Shown: positions 20,023 to 32,232, numbered from the whole stretch's first letter. The stretch is 62,682 bases of DNA, filler included, from Gemmatimonadota bacterium (GCA_003697105.1; 5 parts of 5 records of this genome joined end to end with filler, not necessarily neighbours in it), one strand, 5' to 3'. Program-made: numbers and translations. Notes: generated by a model not told the origin, from the sequence alone.

Positions 20023-21456
20023 TTAATGTGCTCCTTTCCCCGACAGTACCGCCGGGATGGTCTTCAGTAGTAATTTTAGATCAAGCCAGATTGACCAACT
20101 ATCAATATATTTCAAATCCAATGCGACCCAATCATTAAAATTGGAAATTTCATTACGTCCCTCAACTTGCCAGATGCAAGTCAGCCCCGGTTTGACACTA
20201 AGTTTGCGGCGTTGCCAGTTATCGTAGCGGTGGACTTCACTCGGAATTGGGGGGCGAGGCCCGACGAGGCTCATGTCACCTTTGAGCACATTCCACAACT
20301 GGGGGAGTTCATCCAGACTGAAGCGGCGTAGGAATCGCCCTAAGGGTGTAATACGCGGGTCTTGGGCTAATTTAAAGGCGGGTCCTGACATCTGGTTTTG
20401 GGTCGCAAGTTCCGGTTGGAGCGCTTCCGCATTGTTCACCATAGAGCGGAATTTATAAAAGCGGAAAATCGTACCGTTCAAACCGACGCGATCTTGAACA
20501 TACAGGATGGGTCCGGGGGAGGTCAACTTGATGGTAATGGCAATGATGATGAGCAGTGGTGCCAGTAGAACCAGCAGAATCGTGGAGAGTGCCACATCCA
20601 GCAACCGTTTGATGAAGAGTTGGAAGTTATCTTTGTAGGTGTGCTGGATGGTGATGATAGGTAAGCCGTAAACAATATCAGCGTGGATACTTTTCGCAAT
20701 ATTCCCTAAAAAGTTCGATATAATTCGAGTTTGTACCCCTTCTACTTCGCACAGTTCTAGTATGGTACGAATTTTTCCAAAATGCTCGGTGGATACCGTG
20801 ATAATGACTTCATCCACGTGGGTAGTGTGGAGGATTTGCAAGAGTTCGGTATCTGTTCCTCGCACGTAGGTTGCGATGTTATGGGGAGGGGGATCATCTT
20901 CCGCTATGGTTAAGATGCCCACCGGCTCTAAACCCCATTCAGGGTGTGTGTTAATAAGGTTTAAAAATTGCTGGGTGCGGGGGTTCCAGCCAACGATTAA
21001 AATGCGTTTGTGATAGTGCCCTTTCTGGCGAAGCCAGGCGGCGATATAGATCAGTAGTTTGCGCTGGAGCAGTAGCATTGTAAAATTGGTGCAACCGAAA
21101 AGCGCGATCAAGGTTCGGGGGATGTATCCGACTCGAAAAATAAAGATATAGCCCAGCAAAACGAATATGCCGGTAATTACGGTTTTTAAAACGTGGGCAA
21201 TCTCGGTGTCGAAGGATTTAAATCGCTGGTATGAATAGGCTCTTTGATAATTTAGGATCATGTGCCAGATGAGCAGGGTGAAGAGCATTAGCGAGAGGTG
21301 GTCATGCCCGAGGATTAGATCACTACCGAGAGGAAAATCTGGAAATAGCCCGCGCAAGCCTTCCCAAATCAGGTAAGCGACAACAAAACTCAAGGCGGTA
21401 ACAACCAAATCCGCCACTTGAGCGATTCGCTGGTGGTGGGTATCTTGCCAGAGCAT
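20023..21456 (-). CDS. Polyprenyl-phosphate sugar phosphotransferase (WcaJ/CpsE-type priming glycosyltransferase)
   Basis: N-terminal TMs, CoA-binding-like domain, IKRLLD, KFRSM, SLDELPQLWNVLKGDMSLVGPRP, KPGLT. Confidence 0.93.
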   Translation of the reverse strand: MLWQDTHHQRIAQVADLVVTALSFVVAYLIWEGLRGLFPDFPLGSDLILGHDHLSLMLFTLLIWHMILNYQRAYSYQRFKSFDTEIAHVLKTVITGIFVLLGYIFIFRVGYIPRTLIALFGCTNFTMLLLQRKLLIYIAAWLRQKGHYHKRILIVGWNPRTQQFLNLINTHPEWGLEPVGILTIAEDDPPPHNIATYVRGTDTELLQILHTTHVDEVIITVSTEHFGKIRTILELCEVEGVQTRIISNFLGNIAKSIHADIVYGLPIITIQHTYKDNFQLFIKRLLDVALSTILLVLLAPLLIIIAITIKLTSPGPILYVQDRVGLNGTIFRFYKFRSMVNNAEALQPELATQNQMSGPAFKLAQDPRITPLGRFLRRFSLDELPQLWNVLKGDMSLVGPRPPIPSEVHRYDNWQRRKLSVKPGLTCIWQVEGRNEISNFNDWVALDLKYIDSWSIWLDLKLLLKTIPAVLSGKGAH

Positions 21457-21516
21457 AAATCATACCTATTTTAATCGATCTTTGTAGCATTTATGCGTGA
21501 TATGTTTGATACCTTT

Positions 21517-21545
21517 AGAATAACATCTCTGTAATTTACTGGCAA
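21517..21545 (-). promoter_or_regulatory. Sigma70-type promoter for the glycosyltransferase-gmhB unit
   Basis: Minus strand TTGCCA, 17-nt spacer, TATTCT with extended TG. Confidence 0.55.
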
Positions 21546-21714
21546 TACCAAATCCGTTGGAGAACATGGGTTCTATTATATTTTTTCTAAAGTTGTCGTA
21601 CCCTTTGTTTTTAGACTTCTGTCGGGACTTCCGTATTTTTTGTTGAATTATCCGAACAAACGGTGTACAATTAAGTTCAACTCAACACGTTTAAAACATC
21701 TGGGAGGTTTTTTC

Positions 21715-23819
21715 GTGAAACATTGGTGGTGTTATATGGGGGTGATCGGGTTTGTTCTGGCTGGAATGTTTCCGAGCTTGGGAATCGCCCAACCGTTCAC
21801 GGCGATTACAAGCGGCGATCTGGTCACAGATAACCATCCGTCGTGGGCAGGGTGTTGGGGCGATTACGATCAAGATGGGGATTTAGACCTGTTTGTAGCA
21901 AATACAAATGGGGTGAATAATATGCTCTACCAAAATCAGGGAGATGGTACATTTCGTGCCCTACGCGATGAGATTGTTAGTAATGAACGCGGTTATTCCT
22001 ATGATTGTGCGTGGGTTGATTATGATGGGGATGAAGACCTTGATCTGTTTGTTGCGAATAGCGTGAAACAAGAGAACTTCTTATATCAGAATGATGGGAA
22101 GGGTTCGTTTTCTCGTGTTCAGGCGGGTGCTATCACAACGGATTCGGAAAGCTCCACCAGTGCGAATTGGGGCGATTATAACAACGATGGGTATCCTGAC
22201 TTATATGTCACCAATTGCTGTGGTGAACCCAATTCGCTCTATCAAAATAATGGTGATGGAACATTCCGTAAGATCACCGAAGGGGCTATTGTGACCGATG
22301 CTTATTCTTCGTGGAGTAGTGCGTGGGGAGATTATGACAACGACGGTGATCTCGATCTTTTTGTCGTCAATACGAATGCCCAGCACAATGCCTTGTATCA
22401 AAATGAGAAGGGCACTTTTGTGAAGGTGAACCATCCGTTACTTAGCAATGATGACGGCAATTCCCAGAGTTGTACGTGGGTGGATTATGATCGCGATGGT
22501 TATTTAGATTTATTTGTCACCAATATAGGACAGGTTAATTATTTTTATCAAAATATGGGCGATGGTCGATTTCAACGGATCACAAATCAGATAATTACCT
22601 CTGAACTCAATGATTCGTGGAATGCCGTTTGGGGTGATTTCAATCAGGATGGCTTTGAAGATGTTTTCATTGCCAATAATCGTGCGAACACATTATACCA
22701 AAACTATCACGGGCAGGGTTTTGTTCAGGTTGCGTTGGGTGATTCCTTGCCGGAAGATGTTTCGTGGAATGGGGCGTGGGGGGACTATGACGGCGATGGT
22801 GATTTGGATTTGTTTGTTGCCAATGCTACGGAGAATAACCTTTTCCGTAATGATGCAGCACAGCGGGTATTGCCGGCTACCGCTGTTTCCCCTCACCCTC
22901 CTCAAGCGGGGCAGTCTTCGCACCGCGAGATGTTGGATACCGTACCTGTACCACGAACACCCGTACCATCCTCGCAAGAGCCGGTCCATTCTGGTGAGAT
23001 ACCAGCGGATACCACATCTCCTGAACCGGCAATACGACTGGGTTCTGAAATGCCTAAAACGACGGTTTACCGGATTGAGGTTGACGGGTTACCCATTTTT
23101 AGCGAAGTGACCCGCAGTGCTTTAGTGGCAGAAGAAGCGTATTCGTGGGGTCAATGTTGGGGCGATTATAATAATGATGGTTATGAAGATGTCCTTGTTG
23201 CCAACAGCGGGCAAAATACGTTGTATCGTAATAATGGGGATGGTACCTTTACTCCGGTTCGTACCGGTAGTAGTATCACCCGCGATGAGTTTGATTCGTG
23301 GGATTGTGCTTGGGCAGATTATGACAACGATGGCGATCAGGATGTGTTTGTCGCCAATAGCGGCAAAAGTGTTTTGTACCGCAATGAAGGCAAGGCGCGC
23401 TTTACCCCCATCATCTTGAATGCCTTTTATAAAAACCGGTATATCGTACGGAGTGTGGATTGGGGTGATTTTGATAATGATGGTTATCTCGATCTGTATC
23501 TGGGTACGGGTTCGGGCCAGCCAAATATGGCTTTTCGCAACAATCAGGATGGTACCTTCTTGCCGTTGGTTGATATTAACATTGTGAGTCATTGGCAAAG
23601 TGCGAGTCAAGTCAAGTGGGTGGATTATGATAACGATGGGGACGTAGATTTATTTATTGCGAATTGTTGCAATGAGAATAATCAACTTTTTCGGAATATG
23701 GGTAAATATGGCTTTCAGGAGATTCCATTTGGGGGTAAAGCAAGCGGTGGTAACTCCCAACGGTTTGCTTGGGGGGATTATAATAGTGATGGATATCTGG
23801 ATTTGATCGTCTTCAATAG
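21715..23819 (+). CDS. Secreted FG-GAP/VCBS (CRTAC1-like) repeat protein, truncated by the gap
   Basis: GTG 21715 after GGAGG; signal peptide; many WGDYDNDGDLDLFVAN...LYQNxGDGTF repeats. Confidence 0.9.
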
Positions 23820-23919
23820 NNNNNNNNNNNNNNNNNNNNNNNNNNNNNNNNNNNNNNNNNNNNTTAATTAATTAANNNNNNNNNNNNNNNNNNNNNNNNN
23901 NNNNNNNNNNNNNNNNNNN
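23820..23919. other. Artificial contig/scaffold linker
   Basis: Same N44-TTAATTAATTAA-N44 spacer. Confidence 0.97.
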
Positions 23920-26900
23920 GCAACGATGCCGGTTGAAAAATCGTATTCACCCGGACGACCGGGCATCACGAAGATATTCATGGTTTTGGTATCACCGGGG
24001 GGGATATTATAAAAGAAGAATAGCGCGGCACGCTTGCGGAACCCGTCACCGGTCAAGAACGTATCATCGACCATCCGGGTTGGTACCGGTTGTACCATAT
24101 CCCAACCGGTGATGCCTTCTAAATCATCTTCTGTTATGTCATACGGGCTCGGAATCGAGTCAACTTCGACTAAAAAATAAATATTACGTTGGGTTTCCAG
24201 CCACAACGCACCTGCCGGAATATTGATATTCGTGGGATTGTGAATGCCCACCGTAAACAGACCATTTCGCCCGAGGCGCACGGCATCGGGTCCTTGGATC
24301 GACAGTTGAATGTCCAGTGGGTCTGATGGCTCTACTAACAAACCGGATGGGATCACCGATTCCGTACCCTCAGGCAGGGTGACCACAACATCCCAAAACC
24401 CTAAGTCTAAATGTTCTGTGGGGAAAATTGCCCTTAGCTGGGTCGGGTTGAGAATGGTTGTGTATGCCGGCTCTAACACCTGTTCCTCGCGGCGCAACAT
24501 CACTTGTGTACTATCCTGAAAGCCGACTCCATCTACCCGGATGATGATTTCCCCTTCTTCCTTTAACCCACCTACCACCGGCGGGTTGATCCGGCTGATC
24601 GAAAAATCCAATGATACCGCTTGTAGCCGGATCGTTTCGGTCTCTATTCCCTCGGGCACATCCCGACCGATCAACAAGATATAGTATGATCCCGTTTGCG
24701 AGACCGGCACAAACACGCGTTGATTTGCGGCAAAGGGCACTCCGGAAAGATCATAATCACGTAGGGATGGCATTCGATTGTAAGCGATATAGATTTCATT
24801 CATCGCCAGTTGGGCATCACTGGTAAGGCCGATATCTAATACCCGATTCGGGGTATCTACCTCCATCTGGTAATATCGAACTTGACCTTCCGTCAAGGTG
24901 GTTTCAACACTATCCCCGATGGAGAAAGTCTCCACCTGTACCTGCACCGGTGTTGAAGAGACCCGCAGATTATTCTCCAGATGGCTCTCCCGAATATCAT
25001 TCCGAATATTAGTGCGGACGATAACCGAATATGATCCGGGAATCACGCCGGGGGTTTCTCCCACAAGTGTACCGTTGGGGTTGCCATTATCCCGCAAAAT
25101 ACGGGCGGGATTGATCCGTTGCTCCACTTGCAACCGTTCTCCCGGTGCCAGATCAATGTACCGTTCCTCGTAGCCGATGAGCGGGTCTTCCGCCGACCAT
25201 AGGCTATCTGCCGAGAGATACACGGCGTCCCGAATCATGCCTTCCGCCCGATTTGTGGGGTCCAGATTCTGAATCTGCCACGTAATAGTTGTTTCTTCGC
25301 CGGAGATGGCGCTATCGGGGTGGCTGATATGGGTTACTTCCAAATCCACCGGTGGCGCTAACACAATATCGAGCGGAATCGCGGCAATGTTGTTGTCTTC
25401 CGCCTCATGTTCGTAAATATCATTCCGGCTATCGGTGTGGATGAGCGCATAATAACGTCCCGAAAGATAGACCGGTATCTCCACGGTCAAGCTGTCGTGA
25501 TATGCCATACCGGTGTCCAAAACTCCGCGGTGAGGTATCGAGCCGAGCCGGATATCGTTTTCATCCAACAACGGGTTTGGAGAGAGATAAAAACCGTCAT
25601 ACCAGTTTGCTGGAGTTGGACTCATACCGTTGTTTTCAACGCTCCAATGGATTGATACCGGTTGGCCCGCCATCACTTGGCGGGCGGCGGAGTTCGGTTG
25701 CACCACTAAATCCGGGGAAGGTGATAATGTTACTGTAATCGGTCCTGGTGCCCGGATAACGTTGTTGGTTGGGTCTTTATCCTGAACCGCCCCGGCCACA
25801 TCGGTTTGGGCAAACAGATAAAAATCACCGGCGATCCCATCGGGCAGGTCAACCGCCAGTTGCCGTTCATACGCCTGACCCGCCGCTAAACCGCCAATAT
25901 GGGAACGGGTCGTAACGCTCAGATCGGTTTCGACACTTAACAAAGTATCGGCGGAGAGGTAAATTCCATCTGACCAGACCGAAGCTAAGGTATTGCCTGC
26001 CCCGATATTCATTACTTGCCATGTCAGGTTGATCGGTTGCCCGGATTCACCGCTTGCCGGCGCGGTGAACTGGCGAATCGCAAGGTCAACCGGTGGATAG
26101 GGTTGAACCGAAAGCGGCACACTCCGGGTTATATTGTTATCCTCGGCGGTATGCTCATAGATGATATTGGCAGCGTCCGTTTGGCTGTAAAGGTAGTATG
26201 TGCCCGAAATATCGGGTGGTAGCGTCACGCTCGCCGTTTGGGTACGAGTGACGGCGGTATCCAGCGGTTCAAAATGAAAAGCGACATCCAGTAAAATACT
26301 TCCGGTAGTATCCCACACTGCCGAAGGCGAAAGATAAAGTTGGTCTTGCCAAGCAAGCTCCGCTGTCGCGGCAGAACCGGCATTCCGAACGACCCAGTTG
26401 ACCGTAATCGTCTGTCCGGCAACCAGTGACGTATCCGCCGTCCAAACCGAATCGACTTGCAAATCCGCCCACGGGCTCAGATTGATGTGAACCGTTGTCT
26501 CACTCCGCGCGATATTATTCGCCGTTGCCGTGTATTCAAACACCTGATCCTGCCAATTGGTATGGACAAACAGGTAATAATCGCCGAAGATACCCTCCGG
26601 CAGGCGTTCCGTGCGTCTATCGCTGTAGCTTTCATTGGGGGCAAGTTCGCCCGTGAAAGATAGCGTATCCAACCGGATCAGGGAATCGGGGTCAAATGTG
26701 GGGCAAGGGGAAAGGTAAAGCGCATCCGTCCAAGAATCTTCGTAAGGTGTTCGTTCACCTTGATTTTGCACCGTCCATTCCACCAACATCGCTTGGCCGG
26801 AATAGACCGCCGTATCCGGGATGCTGACCGCCGTGACGGCTAGATCGGGCAATGCTCCTGCCGCTATCACCAGCGAGTCGCGACGCCGGATGTTATTGGT

Positions 26901-28106
26901 TTCGGCGTTGTATTCGTACAGATCGTTCTCTGTATCCGTTACCACAAACAGGAAATAAGTCCCCACAAGGGTATGCGGCAATGGCAAGGTATCCATGACC
27001 GTATAACCCGTGTAGGGGTCCAGGAAACCGGTGTGCGGTACGACCGCCAATAACCGGTCATCTGCTTGGCTGAAGGTGGTATCCGATGAGGCATAAATTG
27101 CATCAGACCAGTGAGGTTTCATTGTTCGACCCGAAGCGTGATTTTCCACAGTCCAAGAGAGTACCATATTTTGCCCGGCCGTCGCCGTTGCCGGCGATGT
27201 CACATCTGTCACTTGTAAATCAATGGGGGTCCGATTAATCGTAACGATTTGCTGCCGGATATTATTTAACCCGTGCGCTTCCGCCAGATCACGGTCTGCA
27301 TCAGTATAAACGGAGAGATAGTAATCCCCTTCGATATCCAGTGGTACCACGAACTCATGGTGATTGGTGTAGCTTTCACCGGAAGTGAGATAGCTTACAT
27401 TTTCAATTGCACCTAATAAAACAACCCCTGCCTCTTGCAGATCGGCATCGGGGTTTGGCATAAGATAAATTTTGTCCTGCCAGTGCGGAACATTGGTGCC
27501 CTCATTGCCGGTGTTGGTAACTTGCCATGATACTTCAAACGTTTGACCGGAAGATAATACCTCCGTTGCTTGAACATTCGTTACCTCCAGATCGGCGAGC
27601 GGATATTGTTCGGTATCCACCGTCCATTGGTGAATGTGTTGGAAGCCGTGAATACCGGTAGGGGTGACACCTTGTATAAACAGGTAATTGTCATAATCTA
27701 GGCGCATCGGATCAACCGGAATGGTGACATCGATATTCGTGGTGGGAGTGAAATCGGTGTAGGAGGTGGAGTTGTAGGTTGTCGCTGCCGTCCGGAAAAA
27801 ATAGTCAACCGTTGTAATATCTGGTAAGCCGGGAGTGCCTTTTTTGAAAAAAGGGTGGGAGTGGGGGATGCCCCAATTACCGGTTTCGTTTTTTGCCCGC
27901 AGGTACAGAGTGTGGAAGCCCTCGGGGACATCCGCCGGCGTGAATTGGAGCGTCACCACACTATCCGCTGTAACAGAAACGGGCGTACCGTTCCCCAAGC
28001 CGGGGTCGGTATCCCAAAAATACTCCACCTGTACAATATCTTGTGCTAATACCGCTGAAACAAAGAACAAGCTGAAAAGGTAGATCAAAATGGGTTCCTT
28101 TTTCAT
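23920..28106 (-). CDS. Large secreted CARDB-repeat protein, C-terminus truncated by the gap
   Basis: Signal peptide; EYFWDTDPG.G.G N-terminal module; about seven DL.V...W.V.N.G...W.D..YLS...G.YYL.V.TD...E...NN repeats. Confidence 0.88.
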
Positions 28107-28163
28107 GATAATGCCTCCTTCGGTGGTGGTAAGACACCACCACTGCCCGCTGTTTCCATCCGA

Positions 28164-29198
28164 TTAATCATTTGATTTAATCTTGACGCGAATATTCAAG
28201 TCCGTCTGCGGGCCCACGATTGGAGGCGCATCAAAGAAATAGACCGAGGGCATGGGTGTGATTCCCGACAAAACATAGGGTGTTGAACCACCAAACATAC
28301 CAATATCAACCCCATTTTCACCCGCATCTAACGCCGGCGATCCTTCCGCCAGTTGCCAGCGACCATCGGTACTGCCAGCATTGATAAAAACAGTGTTCAT
28401 ATCGACATTCGATTGGTTTCCATCATCACTGCCAAACTGGGTCGAATTTCCGATATTGTGAGTAACAATACAGTTCGATGCCCAAAACTCACCGTCTCTC
28501 AAAATATTGTGGCGAAAGGTGGCATTGTAAACCGAGATGCTTCCCAAAAAAACATTATGCTCGATGGTAATCGATTCTGCCCCCGACGGGGAGATTAACG
28601 CTTCGCGACCTTCCGTTAAGCCGCGTTCAATATAATTGTTGCGGATGATAATATCGGAATTCTGATTTCCCAGCCAGATGGTCGGGGCACAACCACCATA
28701 GTCACTCGTATTGCGGATATAATTTTGAAGAATGAGAATATTACTGACATTCAAACCGGTACCGATGATATAATCTCGGTCATAAGTGTATCCATCCGTC
28801 ACAATCATATTTCGCTGCAAGATAATATCGTTCGTCCAAAACCGGACGAAGCCATTAATATCGAGCCCCATCAGCATTGAACCGCTGGAGGTCTCATGAA
28901 AGCTAATATATTCGGTCTTTGCCGTGGCAATATCGGCGCGAGTTTCCGGGTTTTCGGCTAAAAAATAACCGGGACCGTAGATGTAGAGCGTTTTTGAAAG
29001 GTCTAATGCTCCATAATTCACCGGTGAACCCATCACATAAAGGGTATCGCCAGCGTTAGCACCGTCATGTGCTTCTTGTAAGGTCACAAAATCTGCATCT
29101 GGACTGCCGGGATTACTGTTTACAACCCAGATTGTGGCAGAAGCCGGGGCGATGAACGCAAAAAAAAGTATCAGTATAAAAAAGGTGCGGGAATACAT
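28164..29198 (-). CDS. Secreted right-handed beta-helix (pectin lyase-like) protein
   Basis: Signal peptide; ADFVTLQEAHDGANAGDTLYV start, I..N.I repeats, L..GSPALDAG...DIGMFGG end. Confidence 0.8.
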   Translation of the reverse strand: MYSRTFFILILFFAFIAPASATIWVVNSNPGSPDADFVTLQEAHDGANAGDTLYVMGSPVNYGALDLSKTLYIYGPGYFLAENPETRADIATAKTEYISFHETSSGSMLMGLDINGFVRFWTNDIILQRNMIVTDGYTYDRDYIIGTGLNVSNILILQNYIRNTSDYGGCAPTIWLGNQNSDIIIRNNYIERGLTEGREALISPSGAESITIEHNVFLGSISVYNATFRHNILRDGEFWASNCIVTHNIGNSTQFGSDDGNQSNVDMNTVFINAGSTDGRWQLAEGSPALDAGENGVDIGMFGGSTPYVLSGITPMPSVYFFDAPPIVGPQTDLNIRVKIKSND

Positions 29199-29691
29199 GG
29201 CTAAATCCTCCAGAATGGCATATTCGGGAAATAAGTTACGTGGATTTTCATGAGATTTTTACAAGATTTACGGGACCCGCGTTAAACCGCGGCGTAGTTC
29301 TTGGAATGAAAAACCCTTAAAGTCCTTAAAGACTCTAAGGGTTCAATCACTTACTTTTAAGCATCCGATAGTTTTTAGCCGTGGTTTTGATCCGCACGTT
29401 GCGGAATGTCTCTGGAGGGTATTTAATTTCGGGGAGGCGCTGGCGCGCCACACGTTATACCGTCTAAAATCATTACCAGAATAACTTGGTTGTGCCCGTT
29501 TAGACCGGTTGGTGTAAATGGTATTGAGAGGAGGCAATAATGGTTGCGGGTATTTTTCGGTTGGCATTTTATTACCCATACCGGAATACCTTTTTGTGCA
29601 TGAGTAAATGTACCCGAGGAGGCGTGACCCCTTACGGTAACCGGTTCGCGGTTATGAGGGTGGGTTTTCAGGGAGAACTTCTGGCAATATT

Positions 29692-30012
29692 TTATCCTTT
29701 CATCTCGAAGAGTATCAAAATCGCATGGTGGGCAATAATATTGGCGTGAATCACACCGCGGGGGATTTTGAGCATATCCCCGGTGGCTAACTGGATGGTT
29801 TCGTCATTGAGTTCAATGGTTGCAGAGCCTTGCGCCACAAAGAGCAATTCATCGTGGGCATCATTTTCATGACGGAAATCGTGCAACCCATGCTGTTTAA
29901 GGACATAACATTCATACCCGTCAACATCCATGAAAAAATTGACGATGCCATTGTTGTAATTCTCCGCGGTCTCAAACACGTTGCGTTTCTCATAAAACGT
30001 CGGTTGTTCCAT
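29692..30012 (-). CDS. Cupin_2 domain protein
   Basis: DAHDELLFVAQG...GDMLKIPRGVIH cupin motifs; GGAG RBS. Confidence 0.8.
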   Translation of the reverse strand: MEQPTFYEKRNVFETAENYNNGIVNFFMDVDGYECYVLKQHGLHDFRHENDAHDELLFVAQGSATIELNDETIQLATGDMLKIPRGVIHANIIAHHAILILFEMKG

Positions 30013-30115
30013 CCGTTATTCTCCCCAAAAAGTTGAAAGATTCTGAGCCAAACCGCAAAATTTATCATACCACACACCCATCTATTTGGCAAGTTTTTTT
30101 TGACGACATGGGTGC

Positions 30116-30997
30116 TCACCGGTTGGTATTGTACAAATAGGGGTTTGCCTCGTACAACCCGTGCTCCCGCATAATCCGGTCAATGGTAAACGGATCGGGT
30201 TTGATCGAAATTTCCGGTTCGGTTGGGAGGTCTAGGCGCAGTTCGTCATAAAAAGGGGTGGTATGGTAGAGTTTTTTGTTATAGGCGATTACCATCAATT
30301 TTTCCAGATTGACTACATCAGCGATGTTGTACGCCAGTAGCGTCTCCAGAGATTGCGGAATGCCGTGTCGCTGATAATCATTCCACAAATGAATCGCAAA
30401 ACGACCATTGATACCGTCCAATTCCTGCCGGTGGATGCCGAGCCGCTTTTCACACTGTTTCAAGCCGCCGGTGTAACCCAAGCTCGCCAATACATACCGC
30501 AGATCAATGTGGGTCAGATGGTTAAGTTTGATTTTCAGATAGCGTTCAATGATGGGCACATCAAAGGTTTTGCCGTTGTAACTGACAATGACCTTATACT
30601 GCTGAATATCCTCCTTGAATTCTCGGAGATTCTCCCCCTTGACATAGCAAAATGTGGAACTGCCGTTGTAGAGGGCGATGGTTGTGATATAATGCCCTTG
30701 CCGGTACGGTGATGGTGACGTTTCGATATCCAGATACGCTGCCGAATAGCGGAACTCCGGGAAGAGCCGCCAATGCTGATTCGCCGGAAGTTTTCGGGAG
30801 AAATAACCCGGCTGATCTGCTGCCAGATGTTCTTTCGACTCCCAGAGATACCGGCGAATGTGTTGGGTGTTTATGTGGGGGAGTTGAATATCGCCCGCGG
30901 CTAAAAAATCATCCCACGTATGGATGCCTTGTGACCAAAGCCATTCTTCGGTCTGGGGGGTCACCCCCGGAATGTGGCAGAAGGTACAATCTAGCAT
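30116..30997 (-). CDS. YprB/RNase_H_2-family DEDD 3'-5' exonuclease
   Basis: N-terminal HhH-like HIPGV; YLDIET, SYNGKTFD, HIDLRY, GGLKQCEKRLG, YNIADV. Confidence 0.85.
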   Translation of the reverse strand: MLDCTFCHIPGVTPQTEEWLWSQGIHTWDDFLAAGDIQLPHINTQHIRRYLWESKEHLAADQPGYFSRKLPANQHWRLFPEFRYSAAYLDIETSPSPYRQGHYITTIALYNGSSTFCYVKGENLREFKEDIQQYKVIVSYNGKTFDVPIIERYLKIKLNHLTHIDLRYVLASLGYTGGLKQCEKRLGIHRQELDGINGRFAIHLWNDYQRHGIPQSLETLLAYNIADVVNLEKLMVIAYNKKLYHTTPFYDELRLDLPTEPEISIKPDPFTIDRIMREHGLYEANPYLYNTNR

Positions 30998-31002
30998 GAA
31001 AC

Positions 31003-31344
31003 CTACTTTCTATATTTAAGATGGCTAATGCAACCGCTCCGGCAATCCGATGCCCCAAAACGGGGAATCAAAATCTCCCCTGCCGTTTGTTGGTTGAGTT
31101 CACATTCTGGCACTGTGGATCGAATGACATCAACGACCGCAACTGCGGGATGTGCCAGCAGATAATCGATATGCCATTTCAGGGTTTTAGTGGTTCTTAA
31201 ATGTCGCCGGATGCGGGCTTCCAAATGCCGCTTGGCACTTCCGGTGTAGATGTATTCCCCTACGGGGAACTCGAAGACACCTAACTTTCCCACCGTAAGA
31301 GAGACCGGTTCGCTGACGCGGATGACCAGCTGATAGCTCTGCAT
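31003..31344 (-). CDS. GIY-YIG nuclease, DUF123 (Uri superfamily)
   Basis: GEYIYTGSA, RIRRH, WHIDYLL, ECEL, FGASDCRSGCISHL. Confidence 0.88.
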   Translation of the reverse strand: MQSYQLVIRVSEPVSLTVGKLGVFEFPVGEYIYTGSAKRHLEARIRRHLRTTKTLKWHIDYLLAHPAVAVVDVIRSTVPECELNQQTAGEILIPRFGASDCRSGCISHLKYRK

Positions 31345-32016
31345 TTACCGGATTGCCTGCCGTACCGCGGTCACGAACGTATAAAAAAGCGGTGTTGGCA
31401 ATGTTCGCCCCTCCCGATCCAGTGACGCAAACATTTTTTGGCGGATGCCGTTCGGGAGTTCAATCTGCACCCCAGCGCGATTCTGGTTGCGGTTACAGAT
31501 ATTGTTCAGATTTGTGCCGGCATAGGCCGGGTGTTCGTCCACCTGAAAACCGTATGCCTGCAAGCTATTTTCCAACCGGTGGCGAGTATATCTATCCCGC
31601 CCGCCGACATAAATGGTATCAGACTGAGATGACAAACCGTGTAGCGTGATGGTACGTCGGGAGTGGTGAACCAGATTCAGCGCAACCGGCTCATCAAAGG
31701 TGGTGCTGGTCAGATGTAAATTGCTATTACCTTCCAGTTTAATCCCGGAAAAGCTATAGCACGTGTAATCAGAGCCTGCAATAGCGAATGCCAGCTCTGT
31801 GGTACCCGGTTCAATACCGCCGCCGTGGGGCGCCAGAATTACAACGTCTGGTAATTGTCGTAAAACCTCAATTTGATAATCCGTGCCCTGACGTTCATGT
31901 TGTTTCAGTAGATGGTAACTCCCGTATGTGCTGGGAGTACCCACATCCGAACCTTTGCAAAGCGATGACAAACCAAAAAGCACGAAGATCAGCCCGGCAA
32001 CTATTTTGATGTTCAT
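31345..32016 (-). CDS. Poly-gamma-glutamate hydrolase family protein (DUF867), with signal peptide
   Basis: APHGGGIEPGTTE, LHLTSTTFDEP, TLHG, NICN, GVQIEL. Confidence 0.88.
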   Translation of the reverse strand: MNIKIVAGLIFVLFGLSSLCKGSDVGTPSTYGSYHLLKQHERQGTDYQIEVLRQLPDVVILAPHGGGIEPGTTELAFAIAGSDYTCYSFSGIKLEGNSNLHLTSTTFDEPVALNLVHHSRRTITLHGLSSQSDTIYVGGRDRYTRHRLENSLQAYGFQVDEHPAYAGTNLNNICNRNQNRAGVQIELPNGIRQKMFASLDREGRTLPTPLFYTFVTAVRQAIR

Positions 32017-32132
32017 TTTAAATTCCTTCTAAGTCCTGAAAACTCTGGAAAAGTGGTTTTTTATTGATTTATGGTGTCCTTTTGAGTATGAACCCTATTT
32101 TGTATTTTTGATGAGGATGTTGATTATGATGC

Positions 32133-32232
32133 NNNNNNNNNNNNNNNNNNNNNNNNNNNNNNNNNNNNNNNNNNNNTTAATTAATTAANNNNNNNNNNNN
32201 NNNNNNNNNNNNNNNNNNNNNNNNNNNNNNNN
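32133..32232. other. Artificial contig/scaffold linker
   Basis: Same N44-TTAATTAATTAA-N44 spacer. Confidence 0.97.

Noticed and set aside
29199-29691. Riboswitch/ncRNA or small ORF (29540-29749, AGGAGG upstream) in a long intergenic region
   Set aside because: Only short hairpins are visible and no Rfam-type consensus is recognisable. The ORF has no recognisable motif and overlaps the cupin gene antisense. An Infernal/Rfam scan would settle it.
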